64,000 bases of DNA. Origin: Eledone cirrhosa. Lineage: Eukaryota. Within the stretch, counting starts at the first letter, position 1, and each line of letters starts with the position of its first letter. Location of the stretch: positions 1,736,001 through 1,800,000 of the forward strand of contig OZ024761.1 in NCBI GenBank assembly GCA_964016885.1, read 5' to 3'. Shown piece by piece: positions 25,809 through 39,645 of the stretch. Position numbers and translations under genes: made by a program. The notes under the pieces are model-generated. The model made no database searches, had not been told where the DNA came from, and was given only the letters and a program-made list of their open reading frames with translations.

Positions 25809-27534
25809 TCATCATCATCATCATCATCATCAGGTTTAGCGTCCGTGTTCCACGCTTGCATGGGTTTGGACGGGGGTTTTCCCACTTGAGGCAAGAGTGG
25901 TTGTCTTGCTCGCATAGGACTGTCTGGCGGGTTTTCTACAGTTGGATGCCCTTCCTAACACCAACCACATTTACAGTGTGGGGCTGGGAGGTTTTTACCG
26001 TGTTGCCTACACGGCCACATTACAGCGTGGACTGTCTGGCGGGTTTTCTACAGCTGGATGCCCTTCCTAACACCAACCACATTTACAGTGTGGGGCTGGG
26101 AGGTTTTTACCGTGTTGCCTACACGGCCACATTACAGCGTGGACTGTGTGTTTTTTGTCGTGACACCTACACGATCTCATTTGTTTCGGCCTGGATGTTG
26201 TGGGACCAACATAACTTTACATTGAAAGGGGCGGTGTGGGTGGGGTGGAGGTGGTGGGACGGGGGTGTGTTTTGATAGAGGTGCCTACTGACTGTAGTAG
26301 GTTTTTACTTTGTATTTAGGTAAGGCGGGTCTTCTCTATTACTGAGTACCGCCAAAGGTCTCGGTCCAGTGACATTGACATATATATATATATATATATA
26401 TATACATACATACATATATATGTGTGTGTGATGTAATTATGTATACAAGAAGTCAACAAGTCAGATTGCAGATATTTTTACACCTTACCTAATGTTAGAT
26501 TCAATCTAAGATTCACTGACTTTTGTCATGTTACAGATAGCTGATTCTTTCATCTCACTCAACTTACACTTTATTAGTCAATATATATTTTTTCTTTTGT
26601 TAGTTTAGTTTTTGTATTATTATATTTATATTTTTTGTCATGTTAGTTTTGTATTATTATATTTATATTTTTTGTCATTTTAGTTTTTGTATTATTATAA
26701 CTAGCATGTGTAGTGTGCATATTGATATTATACACAAGTATATATGCATGTAGATATGATATATCAAATAAAATCGTAATTGACAATATTCACAGAAATT
26801 GAACGAAGACTGTGTTACACTGTCTTATGTAATCAGTAACGTAGACCATGATGCATTAAAAAAAGATGATATTATATATAAACTGCATTAGGAGAAAATT
26901 AGTGACGGAAATATATGAATGTTTATTTAACCCTTTAGCATTCACATTATTTTATATATACTATTATATGTTCATGGTAAAGGCTTTACCTCACATTATC
27001 TCACATAATATCGAATCTATGAGATTTTGAAAGTATTTATTTTGAGAACAATACCTTAACATCAGTTTGAGCAACCAGTTACAGCCAGTTTCAACAGAAA
27101 GAGGTAGAGAATTCTGGCCGGTTTGAACACTAAAGGGTTAAGTGATCGCTAACCAGAAGTGTTGACATTTGAAAATCTTAAAGAAGTGAATCTTAAAATG
27201 AGCGAGAAAATTATTTATATTTAATCAAGAATAACGAAATATAGTAGATAAATTATGTGATATTCATTCATTATTTGTTAACTTTGCGTTTCATCCTTAT
27301 GGGGTCGATAAAATAAAGTACCAGTAATGTACTAGGTAATTGCTGGCCTTGTGCCTAAAGTAGAAACAATTATTTGTTCAAAGTAATATTTTACAAACGG
27401 GATAAAAAAATATATTCTGGACGCAGTCCCACACTCCTTACTTTATTATAGTTTAGACTTGCAGCAAAACAACCCTTCGGTGGTTTTCTGCTAGCATGTA
27501 TAGTGTGCATATTGATATTATACGCAAATATATA

Positions 27535-30500
27535 TAATATTAAAGATACTATTTATAGTTATGTATGTATATACTATACTATAAACAACTATAAACAGAG
27601 AAGGTCAGTAATTTATTACTACCTTATTACCAGTAAGAGAAATAGCTCAATGTAAGAACATCAGTTGTTTTACAGAGCAGTAATATAGAATACACAAGTA
27701 TCAAAGTTATGTTTAAAACATTTAATCGCTGACAATTGTTTCTTCCAAACTTAGGCTTGGGGTCCTCGAAGCATTATCAATGTTTGTACATATAATTAAC
27801 CTCCTATTCAACTGAAGAATCATACAGATACATATATATTGATGTTGTGGACAACAGTTTCATGTTTACAGGGTGGAATGAATGCGACATATATTATATT
27901 ATACGAGAATTGTACAATAATTCGAATTAAGATTAAAATTAAGATTAAAATTAAAATTAAAATTAAAATTAAAATTAAAATTAAAATTAAAAATTAAAAG
28001 CATAGGGTGGAATATATGCGTCAGATAATACAGATAATACAATAGAATAGTCTAATAATTAAATTAGAGAGATAGTACATGCGTTAGTCATATATAAAGG
28101 AATGGAACAAGCAAATGTATCAAGCATATATGAGTACTGTATGGCAGGGTATTACATAAAATACAAGCACTTTAAGCGAATATGTTAGTGTATTATGGTG
28201 GCTGCAATGCGAGGATATTTTCTGTATAGTTCAAATTTGTATGTGTGTAGAATATGAAAGTTACAGATTTCACATCCATTACATAAGTTAAGATAGATTT
28301 GTATTGAATGTTTGTTATAGTAATGTTATATTAAATTAGTGTTATTTAATCCATATTTATGGATTAGAGTTGTTTAACTGCGGGAATTTTCAACCGTTTA
28401 ATATCTGGAAGTGGATATGGAATTAAGGGGAGCTAATGCGTAAGGGGAGGTAACTAGCTCATTATAATAATTAAATTCCTTGCTCTAATAGACATTATAT
28501 AATGCCTCAATTGAATCCCTAATATAAAAAGTTATATATTTATATTTAATTTTAAATACAGTCTACTCTCTCATAATATATTAAAGGTTTCATTAGATTG
28601 TTGTCTACCCAATATTTGGTAAGATATGGAATAACGTAGAGCTGTTTGCATGATACACTAGATGCATCTCTTGAGTAAATAAATTAATCCTTTATATACA
28701 ATGTTATTAATTTATACATCTAATTATAAATGTATATATAATTCATTGTTCCATATTACATTTAAGTTAGATAAATCCCTTATGTTAATAAATTAATCCT
28801 ATATATACAATGTTATTAATTTATACATTTAATTATAAATGTATATATAATTCATTGTTACATTTAATATTTAAAGTTTATATATATTGTATTATATTTC
28901 AATCACTATATAATTATAAATAATCTAAAGTAATTATATTAAAAGGTGGTGACTATAAGAATATTTCTAGAGTATAAAGTTATAGATAAAAATGATTTGT
29001 GTAGAGGAAAGGGTGGATCAAAGAGAGTGATGCAGCGGTGGAAGGTAAGTCCTAGAGGTGAAGTGCTAATGGTGGTGATGAGTTCAAATCTGACATTGTT
29101 ATATACTAGGTTTAAAGTTTTGGAATGAGTGTCGGAAACGGTGTCGGCACGATGCAAACACTTCCAATTTTTTATTTAGGAGGTTAAGATTCGAAAATAT
29201 TATAGTATGGGTCTATAGGAGACAGAGGTTACAAAATTTATTAGGTGGTTTATACGATGCAGCCCTACCTACTACTTCCCATTGAAGTGTATATGGTCTA
29301 TTCCTAGTTTTCAGATAGTTTTCAGTATGTAGCTAAATAGTGAAGTGGAGTTGGCTAGATTGTGTTTTTCGAAAGAGTGGAGGTGGTACGAGTTGTATCT
29401 CGTCTTGAAGCAGTTCGAAGTAGTTTTAGAGGAGTTGTTAGTGTTGACCGTGCAGGAGTAAATGATGTCCTTGATTAAGCAGTTGTTACCTAAAGGGCAG
29501 GTTCTATTTGATCTACAGTTACATTTATTTTGGATGTTATATTGTCGGTTATTATGTTGTGTAGAAGTCTGGTTGCTAGGGATAGTATTAGGGCTATGAT
29601 GGTTGTCGTTCCTAATGTTATTGATTTCATTAGTGTTATTACTATTATTACTATTGCTATTAGGGTTTGTAGTTATTATGTTGTTCTGAAAGTTTACCTC
29701 CTGCTGTGTTTTAATTTGTTGAAAATAAGTATTAATCTTTCTTTTATTACTACTAGCTATATGGTATGCTATGTTAGGTGTGGTAGAGTAAGAGATTTTA
29801 ATGGTGTTTTTATTTATAAGATTATGGTACTTGTGGCCAGATGGGAAGTTTTTTCTAGGATTGAGAAGAAAGCCTTAGGTAAGTTGGTAGAGACGTTTAG
29901 ATTGAAAGGGGGATTGAAAAATGTATTAGTTCTTCTATTTTTGTTTTTTATATCTATTGAGGTATTTCTGTTTATAATATTTTGGTGTCTACTTTGGTGC
30001 AAGTTAAGTTTGATATTACCCTTCGTATTAGAGTAAGGGTGGCTATTATTCTTCTTATTATTTTTCCTCATGGCCATATTGTGAGAAACAATGATGTAAC
30101 TATGTGATTTTATAGATAGGAATTCAATCCCATTATTATGGCCTGATTTAGCTAATGCCTGATTATAGTATTGTGAATTATTGATAAATATGGTTTCGTT
30201 ATAAGATAGTTTAGAGATTCTATTAGTTATTCCTTTAGTGATTGAGTTTAATATGTATTTAGGGTAGTTAGACTTGGTATCTACATAAATTAGTTTTTCG
30301 TTAGGTTTATGAAAGGGTGTATATATTTTAGAGTTTAGGTAAAGGGTAGCATCAAGGAAGTTAACATTTTTAGTGTTTTTGTCTAAGGTGATACATAAGT
30401 TGAAGTTTTTGAAAATTTTATGTAATAGTTTCCTAGTTCTTTCTATATTAAATTTTTTATAGTCTATAAGGAGTAGTGCATCATCGCGGTATAAACCACC

Positions 30501-32263
30501 GTTGAGGTAGGGTAGGTCCTTATGGATTTCATTTAGTAGATATAGGCCCACCAAGTCAGTGACCTGCGCCGAGTCACTAGATCCCATATTTATTTCAAAG
30601 TTGTTATGGGTATCCTTGCGGGTCCATAATTGATCTTCAAATGTAATTATTGTTTTACGAGCCACAAGTATGACATCAATCTGGGATCTAGTCAGGTCAC
30701 TATTGTTCATGGCCATAATAAGTGCCTTATTTAATAGAATAGGGGAAATAGAGGTGTAATATGAATTGATATCAAACTGTATAAATTCTTTTATTTTTGT
30801 ACTCTTTAATATCCTTAAACCATTCAATAACTTCACCTGTATTTCCCCACTGGTTAAGGTATATTTTGTGCTTAATCTGTGGGATGATTTGATCTAAAAT
30901 TTTCTTACTGATAATACCAATGTCAGATTTGGAAGGGCAGATTAGTCTTATCGAAGGGTTACTAATGAAATCTTCCTTATGATCCTTCAGAGAGAATCTT
31001 GGGGGGTTAGGGCTGTATGGCTGTGTATGCCTCTGAAGTCCCAATTTACATACTATACTACAGCCTTCCAAATTAATATCTTCTAGATTTTTAATAGTAG
31101 TTTTCCTATAGTCCTATGTAGTTCTTTATATATAAATTTTCTATATGTATCATAATCTAGGCTATATATATTATTAGTTTTATCTGCATGTACAATAATT
31201 TTATTGTTTGTATTGAATCCTTTAATAGTGGAGTTAAGTTTATTTAAGAAGGTGTTGTTTCTATTACGATGCTTTTTGTATTTAATGTTCTTAACTAGTT
31301 TTATTAGGTCATTTTCAAAAGAGTTTAATAATGTGTTGTGAGGAGGGCTTTTAAAAGTTTTAAAGCCGAAGGAGTCAAATTTGTTAGTATCATCGGTTTT
31401 GTTAGATCTGTTTTTATCATAATGGAATGTCCTCCATCTCACTCTATTGATAAAGGAGTTGACACTATTGATCAATAATTTTTAATATGTTTCTTTAGAT
31501 GGTATTGGTATGTTCTTAGTAGACATAGGAAGGTAGTCTTTGATCAGCATACTGGTAATTTATGTTAGTTCAACAGTATGGAGCAGTTAATAATATTAAA
31601 GATACTATTTATAGTTATCATCATCATCATCATCTTCGTTTAACGTCCGTTTTCCACGCTAGCATGGGTTAGACAGGAGTTGTCCCACTTGTCTCGCTCA
31701 TATAGGACTATCTGGCAGGTTTTCTACAGCTGGATGCCCTTCCTAACACCAACCACATTTACAGTGTGGAACTGGGAACTTTTTACCGTGTTACCTACAT
31801 GGCCACATTACAGCGTGTGTGTTTTTTGTTGTGACACCTACACGAACTCGATCTCATTTTCTTGTGCTGTTGGTGGGAGTGGGAGGATAGGGTAGGGGTA
31901 GTAGATTGGGGTGTATATTTGGTTAAGAGGTGCCTACTGACTGTAGGTTTCGCTTTGTACATAGGCAAGGCGGGTCTTCTGTATTACTGCGTAGCGCCAA
32001 AGGTCTCGGTCCAGAGACATTGTCTTAGAGAGATGTAAGTGTGTGAGGTCAGAATTTATCAGATCATCCCAGGTTTTTATGTATACTATACTATAAACAA
32101 CTATAAACAGGGAAGGTCAGTAATTTATTACTACCTCATTACCAGTAAGAGAAATACCTCAATGTAAGAACATCAGTTGTTTTACAGAGCAGTAATATAG
32201 AATACACAAGTATCAAAGTTATGTTTAAAACATTTAATCGCTGACAATTGTTTCTGCCAAACT
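27535..32263 (-). mobile_element. Near-full-length decayed Penelope-like element (Naiad-like) with direct pLTRs
   Basis: ORF pieces 31083-31475, 30772-31071, 29814-30836 (ADKT, FDI..YY, MGS, LYRDD); CNCR..CPL..C at ~29480-29525, CNLC and CRH near 29145-29235; pLTR 27535-27752 repeated at 31591-31618 plus 32078-32263 (split by an RTE fragment). Confidence 0.85.
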
Positions 32264-32699
32264 ATATATATAGAGAGAGATAGATATGATACGTCAAATA
32301 AAATCATAATTGACAATATCCACAGAAATTGAAGAGAGACTGTGTTACACTCTCTTCTGTAATCAGTAACGTAATCCATGATACATTAAAAAAAAGACAA
32401 TATTATATATAAACTGCATTAGGAGAAAATTAGCGACGGAAATATATGCAATGTTTTTATAAGTGTTATAATATAACAGGTGCTAACCGGAAGTGTTGAC
32501 ATTTGAAAGTTTTAAAGAAGTGAATCTTTAAATAAGCAATAAAATAATTTATATTTAATCAAGAGTTACGAAATTTAGTAGATAAATTATGTAATATTCA
32601 TTTATTATTTATTCAAAGTAATTCAATGGGCTAAAAAATATATATTCTGAACGCAGTCCCGCACTCCTTTCTTTATTATAGTTAAGATATATATATATA

Positions 32700-33043
32700 G
32701 GCACATAGCTTAGTGGTTAGAGCATTGGCCTTGCAATCGAAAGGTTGTGAGTTCAATTCTCAGACCGGGTGATGTGTTGTTTCCTTGAGCAAGACACTTT
32801 ATTTCACATTGCTCCAGTTTACTCAGCTGTAGAAATGAGATGATAGGGACTGAGGTCCATATCATTCCACTGCAAAGTGGTCGTGGAGGTGCCACGGCAA
32901 AAAAGCACCCAGCACTCACTGTAAATGAGGTTGGTGTTAGGAAGGGCATCCAGCTGTAGAAATCAAGCCAGAATCAGTTCCCGTCCCACCCTTGCAAGCA
33001 GGGAAAAAGCAGACGTAAAATGAAATGATGATGATGATGATGA
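32700..33043 (+). mobile_element. tRNA-headed CORE-type SINE with RTE-derived tail; copies at 33888-34229(-) and 35193-35481(-), related heads at 51918(+) and ~50605(-)
   Basis: A box tagtggttagagc, B box gagttcaattc, CORE-like ccttgagcaagacactt; tail matches RTE 3' UTR. Confidence 0.8.
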
Positions 33044-33272
33044 TACACACATACATATATATATGTGTGTGTGTGTGTAATGTAATTATATATATATATA
33101 TATATATATTGGTAATTGTAATTAATTTATTTATTCCTGTATATTTCACACCTCCATTTTATATACATTTACAATGTACCATATATTTTGAAGTAAGGTT
33201 TTGTAAGTCCAGTAGATAAACCTTATGAGGGTTATTCACATATTTTCATGTAAATTAACCATGATACAAAAG

Positions 33273-33345
33273 TATTGGGTCGTCAAGTATGAAATTTGTA
33301 GAAAAAAAACAAATTTCTACAAATGTCATACTTCACGACCCAATA
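33273..33345. mobile_element. Tiny mariner-like MITE/hairpin
   Basis: tattgggtcgtcaagtatgaaatttgtagaaa and near-perfect reverse complement; TA at both ends. Confidence 0.55.
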
Positions 33346-34229
33346 TATATATATATATATATATGTCCAGTGAATATCCAACCGATAATGTATAATTTTC
33401 ATGGGTATGTCTCTATTTATAAAACAAACTTTGTATTTTATCTGAGGAAAGCATACCAATGTGTCTTGGTACACATGAAATATATATAATAAAATAAATA
33501 TGGTTTTATAAATATAGTTTCCATTTATTTAATATCATTGAATATTTACTCCCCTAACTTGTTGAGTGCTCTAAATCAGTTATAAAATACCCCTTCTACT
33601 TATATATATATATATATATCATGTCGGAGATTTCTTCATAGAAGCCTCATTCGTATAGCCTGGTCTATTCGATTTTTTATATGGTTAATTATGCTAATTG
33701 GGAGAGGAAATAGTATATATTTTATCTTGTGATTCTATAGACATGTTTTATGATATATAGCTCTGATTGTTTAATTTATTAATTTTTCATTGAGCCACAA
33801 AGTGACCAGTTGCAAAACACGTATATGTATATGTATGTATATATATATATGTAAACTTTTATATATATATATATATATATATCATCATTTTCATCATCAT
33901 TTCATTTTACGTCCGCTTTTTCCCTGCTTGCAAGGGTGGGACGGGAACTGATTCTGGCTTGATTTCTACAGCTGGATGCCCTTCCTAACACCAACCTCTT
34001 TTACAGCGAGTGCTGGGTGTTTTTTTGCCGTGGCACCTCCACGACCACTTTTGCAGTGGAATGATAGGGACCCCAGTCCCTATCATCTCATTTCTACAGC
34101 TGAGTAAACTGGAGCAATGTGAAATAAAGTGTCTTGCTCAAGGAAACAACACATCACCCGGTCTGAGAATTGAACTCACAACCTTTCGATTGCAAGGCCA
34201 ATGGTCTAACCACTAAGCCATGTGCCTCC

Positions 34230-34266
<37 letters not shown>

Positions 34267-34412
34267 TACTAATTTAAAAAATCATTATCAGGTATTTTGT
34301 TTTTATTTTTTTAATTAAATTTAATAAGATACTCAACGAATTATGTAGTCTTATTTTCAGTGTAGATTGCCTCTAGCTCTACACTTATCTGTGTATTATT
34401 ATATTTCAATCA

Positions 34413-34598
34413 AAGGCGGTGGATTGGCAGTATCGGTAGAGGGTCGGACGCCATGCTTTGACGCATAGTTACGGCCCTTGCCATTCTGAGTTCAAATCCC
34501 GCCGAGGTTAACTTTGCCTTTCATCCTTACGGGGTCGATAAAATAAAGTACCAGTAATGCACTGGGTAATTACTGGCCTTGTGCCAAAAGTAGAAACA
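34413..34598 (+). mobile_element. tRNA-derived SINE, second family (other copies ~1-110, 1850-2035-, 6913-7097, 22653-22812-, 27280-27372, 34733-34838-, 62779-62955)
   Basis: tggcagtatcggtaga...gagttcaaatccc boxes; 18-bp TSD attattatatttcaatca. Confidence 0.8.
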
Positions 34599-34896
34599 AT
34601 TATTATATTTCAATCACTTTCTTATAATGAGTAAGGCTCGATTTTATTCTCTGAATTCTATCTTGAGCTATTTTTAGAGACAAGACATATGTTTGATTTT
34701 GTATCATTCATGACACCCTTTACTTTGAAAGTAATAATTGTTTCTACTTTTGGCACAAGGCCAGCAATTACCCAATACATTACTGGTACTTTATTTTATC
34801 GACCCCGTAAGGATGAAAGGTAAAGTTAACCTCGGCAGGATAATATATCTTATTCTATAAATTTCTCATTAAACCTATTTGATTTTGATTTTAAAG

Positions 34897-35034
34897 CTTG
34901 CAAGAACAATACATATGGCCCTGACTGTAACAGTACATGTCATTGTAGTGGCAATGGCAAATGTAACCCCCAATCTGGAATATGTTCGAGTGGCTTATGT
35001 GCTCATGGCTATGAAGGTAGTAACTGTCAGACAG
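34897..35034 (+). CDS. EGF-repeat receptor exon E11
   Basis: ttaaag| ... |gttagt; 138 bp; CKNNTYGPDCNSTCHCSGNGKCNPQSGICSSGLCAHGYEGSNCQT. Confidence 0.9.
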
Positions 35035-35103
35035 GTTAGTGAATCATTGCATCAAATTAACGATATATCAACATATTTATTCTGTCTATCATTCTCCCCC
35101 CCC

Positions 35104-35189
<86 letters not shown>

Positions 35190-35481
35190 TAATCATCATC
35201 ATTTTACGTCCGCTTTTCCCTGCTTGCAAGGGTGGGACGGGAACTGACTCTGGCTTGATTTCTACAGCTGGATGCCCTTCCTAACACCAACCTCATTTAC
35301 AGTGAGTGCTGGGTGCTTTTTTGCCGGGGCACCTCAACGACCACTTTACAGTGGAATGATAGGGACCCCAGTCCCTATCATCTCACTTCTACAGCTGAGT
35401 AAACTGGAGCAATGTGAAATAAAGTGTCTTGCTCAAGGAAACAACACACCACCCGGTCTGAGAATTGAACTCACAACCTTT

Positions 35482-35952
35482 AAATGCTGACAAATTGTTC
35501 ACAGTTGAAAAATGGTTTAATTAGGAATAAAAGAGTATGGGTTAGTATTCAGTTGTGGTTTTAAGTTTTTAAGTTTTTACCGGTTGCGCATTTCTAAATG
35601 CTTTTCAAAAATAATTTTGAGATAGAGTGTCCGTGCTGTTTGCTCTGATCTGATTAGTTTTGGGAATTCTACCTGTTTTTATGTTAAAAAAGTGGCTCCA
35701 GCGTTATTTTTGTGTTGCAAAAATGCTTGTGGTCAAAACAATTTTGATTGGTCGGTAGAGGTCATGTGAATGTAAAAAGTTGATTTTGCGCCAAGACTGT
35801 TTTTATGTTAAAAAAGTGGTTCCAGCAAAAATTCTTGGTCAAAACAATTTTGATTGGTCAGTAGAGGTCATGTGGATAAAAAATTGGTTTTGCGCCAAGA
35901 TTGAGAAATGACTCTTTCACAACAAATATGTGTGTGTGTGTGTGTGTGTGTA

Positions 35953-35991
<39 letters not shown>

Positions 35992-36602
35992 AGTAGTAGT
36001 AGTAAGGTGTTCGATGCTGTGACAATGGCCAGCAGCGATGTGTGTCAAATGGCTATTAAGATGTGTGTGTGTGTGTGTGTATAGCAGAGTCATTCGAAGG
36101 TCAAAAGATATTTTTCAGCTTTTGTCTTATACGGAGAAGTGCGTGTGTGTGTGTGTGTGTGTATAAGTCTCTTTGTATGTTGATGTACGCGTGTGTATGT
36201 GTTTGTGTATATATGTGTGTGTGTGTGTGGGTGGACCAGTATTTTTTTCCTCCTGGTAAAATGGTGTACATTATTCGATTTTTTCAGTTTTACTGAAAAA
36301 ATCGAATAATGTACACCATTTTACCAGGGGGAAAAAAATACTGGTCCACCCACACACACACACACACACACATATATACACAAACACATACACACGCGTA
36401 CATCAACATACAAAGAGACTTATACACACACACACGCACTTCTCCGTATAAGACAAAAGCTGAAAAATATCTTTTGACCTTCGAATGACTCTGCTATATA
36501 CACACATACACACACACACACACACACACTTATCTTAATAGCCATTTGACACACATCGCTGCTGGTCATTGTCGCAGCATCGAACACCTTACTACTACTA
36601 CT

Positions 36603-36659
<57 letters not shown>

Positions 36660-37132
36660 TACACACACACACATATTTGTTGTGAAAGAGTCATTTCTCA
36701 ATCTTGGCGCAAAACCAATTTTTTATCCACATGACCTCTACCGACCAATCAAAATTGTTTTGACCAAGAATTTTTGCTGGAACCACTTTTTTAACATAAA
36801 AACAGTCTTGGCGCAAAATCAACTTTTTACATTCACATGACCTCTACCGACCAATCAAAATTGTTTTGACCACAAGCATTTTTGCAACACAAAAATAACG
36901 CTGGAGCCACTTTTTTAACATAAAAACAGGTAGAATTCCCAAAACTAATCAGATCAGAGCAAACAGCACGGACATTCTATCTCAAAATTATTTTTGAAAA
37001 GCATTTAGAAATGCGCAACCGGTAAAAACTTAAAAACTTAAAACCACAACTGAATACTAACCCATACAATCACTAATACTCTTTTATTCCTAATTAAACC
37101 ATTTTTCAACTGTGAACAATTTGTCAGCATTT
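35482..37132. repeat. 1.65-kb near-perfect palindrome (foldback), 3-nt loop at 36289-36291
   Basis: Arms are reverse complements from aaatgctgacaa to ttgtcagcattt, centred on cagt-ttt-actg. Confidence 0.92.
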
Positions 37133-37184
37133 TCTATTCCGTTTACCAATATATAATAACTTGTGTGTTACACCTCTATTCTTT

Positions 37185-37242
<58 letters not shown>

Positions 37243-37284
37243 ACCGGTACTAGCATTGATAAATATGCTGGGTCTGTCAACCCT

Positions 37285-37320
<36 letters not shown>

Positions 37321-37392
37321 ATTATAAAAAAATTATAAAATATTATAAAAAATAAACCAAAGAAGCCTTCAATACATCAAAAGTCTTTATTA

Positions 37393-37430
37393 GCCAACAA
37401 TGTTTCGTCCTATTAAGGACTCATCAGGGC
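37393..37430 (-). ncRNA. Hammerhead ribozyme (inverted pLTR copy)
   Basis: Reverse complement of 39314-39351. Confidence 0.7.
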
Positions 37431-39313
37431 AAGTAAAGCTACAAGAAGCACTATCGGCCAATACAAGCCAAAAACTCAGAAGAATATGGAGTATACATCT
37501 ATTAAATCTTAGGAAAGATATCAAGGAAAAGTTGGCTAAGATTAAGAGTGAGCAGTTACAAACATAGATATGGACCAAATAGCAAGGAAGTGATTAACAT
37601 GTTGAACCCACATTGTAAATATTGTATAATGCAAAAACTAAGGATGTTATAGATTGGTTCTCTGGTATTAATAAACTTGAGTCTAGTAGGTTTATCCAGT
37701 TTGATATTGATGCCTATTACACGTCGATTTCACCTATCCTCCTTAATAAAGCCTTAATTATGGCCATGCGAGTGTCTAGACTTACACGACCGCAGATTGA
37801 TGTTATACTAGCAGCCCGTAGGACTATCATCAAATTCGAGGATACACTTTGGACGCGTAAAAACACACCCAACAATTTCGACGTTACAATGGGTTCGAGT
37901 GATTCGGCCTAGGTAACTGATCTTGTTGGGCTGTTCCTCCTAAATGAACTGTATGTTACCTTTCCGCACCTTAAAGGCGGACTTTATCCTGACGATGCAT
38001 TGTTTGTGATAAACTCTAGCACCAACAACATTGAGCATAATAGGAAGAAACTTTATAAATTTTTTTAAAATTTTAACCTTTCGATCACGATTGATAGAAA
38101 TGATAGAGCGGACAACTTTTTAGATGTGACTTTGGACTTGGTCACTAATAGTTATAAACCCTTCCATAAGCCAAATGAGATACTCTCTTATGTTAATCCC
38201 AATTCTAACCACCTCAAATCTATGATTAGCTCTATAATTAACGGTGTATCTAATAGAATTTCCACACTCTCTAAGGATATAGGAATATTTAATTCACATG
38301 CGGAATACTATAATAATGCCCTAGCTAACACTGGTTACTCTGGTAAAATACGTTATAATGAGAACAACCTTAGAAAGTCTCCGTTTACCCATAATAATAA
38401 TAACATAATATCCCATAATATGGCCATGAATGGGAGTAGAAAGCATAAGAATCGTAGAAATCCCATAGGTGTATCCGAACCCATCCATAGGTTAAGCTAC
38501 CGTTATCGTAATAGTGAGTCTAATGGTACACTTTTCGGGATTAGTTCTAGGGAACAAGTTAGGCACTCTGATCGCTCACCCAATGGTAATGTTTTTACCA
38601 ATTCTAATAGTGTTGTTTCAACTGATCCTGGTAGTAACCCTAATCCTATTGATATGATTCCAGATAACAGTAGATATACTAAAGGTAGAAACAGAAGGAG
38701 ACTCAATAGGGTTTCGGCTGCTTCTAATAATGTTGTTTCAACTAATCCTCGTAGTAACCCTGATCCTATTAGTGGGATACTGGGTAACGGTAGAGTTGGT
38801 AAGGATAGAAATAGGAGGAGACTCAATACTTATTTTAACCCGCCTTATGATCATGAAATATTAACTAACATCCCTAGGTCTTTCTTTTCTATCTTAGAGA
38901 AAAATGTCCCTCCTTCTAATAAATACCATTTATATATATATATATACATACATTAAGCTTTTTATTATCACCATCTATTATATTATATTATATTCTATAT
39001 CGTACTGTAATTCTCGCATTATATAAATATATATAAAATAAAGTACCAGTAATTGCTGGCCTTGTGCCTAAAGTAGAAACAATTATATTACCATTTGTGT
39101 TTCAAGTTCTTGCATTATATAATATTTGCAATGTGGGTTCAACATGTTAATCACTTCCTTGCTATTTGGTCCATATCTATGTTTGTAACTGCTCACTCTT
39201 AATCTTAGCCAACTTTTCCTTGATATCTTTCCTAAGATTTAATAGATGTATACTCCATATTCTTCTGAGTTTTTGGCTTGTATTGGCCGATAGTGTTTCT
39301 TGTAGCTTTACTT

Positions 39314-39351
39314 GCCCTGATGAGTCCTTAATAGGACGAAACATTGTTGGC
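39314..39351 (+). ncRNA. Minimal type I hammerhead ribozyme
   Basis: GCC CTGATGA GTCCT-TAAT-AGGAC GAAA CATTGTT GGC, followed by AATAAA. Confidence 0.7.
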
Positions 39352-39645
39352 TAATAAAGACTTTTGATGTATTGAAGGCTTCTTTGGTTTATATTTTATA
39401 ATTCTTCGGCTCTGTTTAATTACATTGAGCTATATCTTATACTGTCATTTCTATAATATGAAGAGGGTGTTTAACTCCAACACACTCTAGTATTTTAATT
39501 CTTATATATATATGTATATATGTGTGTGTGTGTCTGTCTGTCTATGTGTTTATATGTGTGTTTACCCCTACACACACAGACACACATATATATATGATAT
39601 AAATATGTCAATGACTAACAACGGTGATCTTCCTTCCTTTGTCAG

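Larger units (their letters stand above)
37340..39401 (+). mobile_element. Decayed Penelope-like element (Naiad-like) with inverted pLTRs
   Basis: RT 37622-38930 similar to the 29814 ORF (FIQFDIDAYYTSISPILLNKAL); ~37340-37615 is the reverse complement of ~39127-39401. Confidence 0.85.

Noticed and set aside
29140-31550. Selenocysteine recoding in the Naiad-like PLE
   Set aside because: The Cys motifs I read use TGT/TGC; breaks look like decay and I could not identify a SECIS by eye
32700-32770. tRNA gene
   Set aside because: It is the head of a multi-copy SINE that continues into CORE and RTE tail sequence
33212-33275. Hammerhead-like stem (CTTATGA..GATA)
   Set aside because: Both core segments are mutated; too degenerate to call
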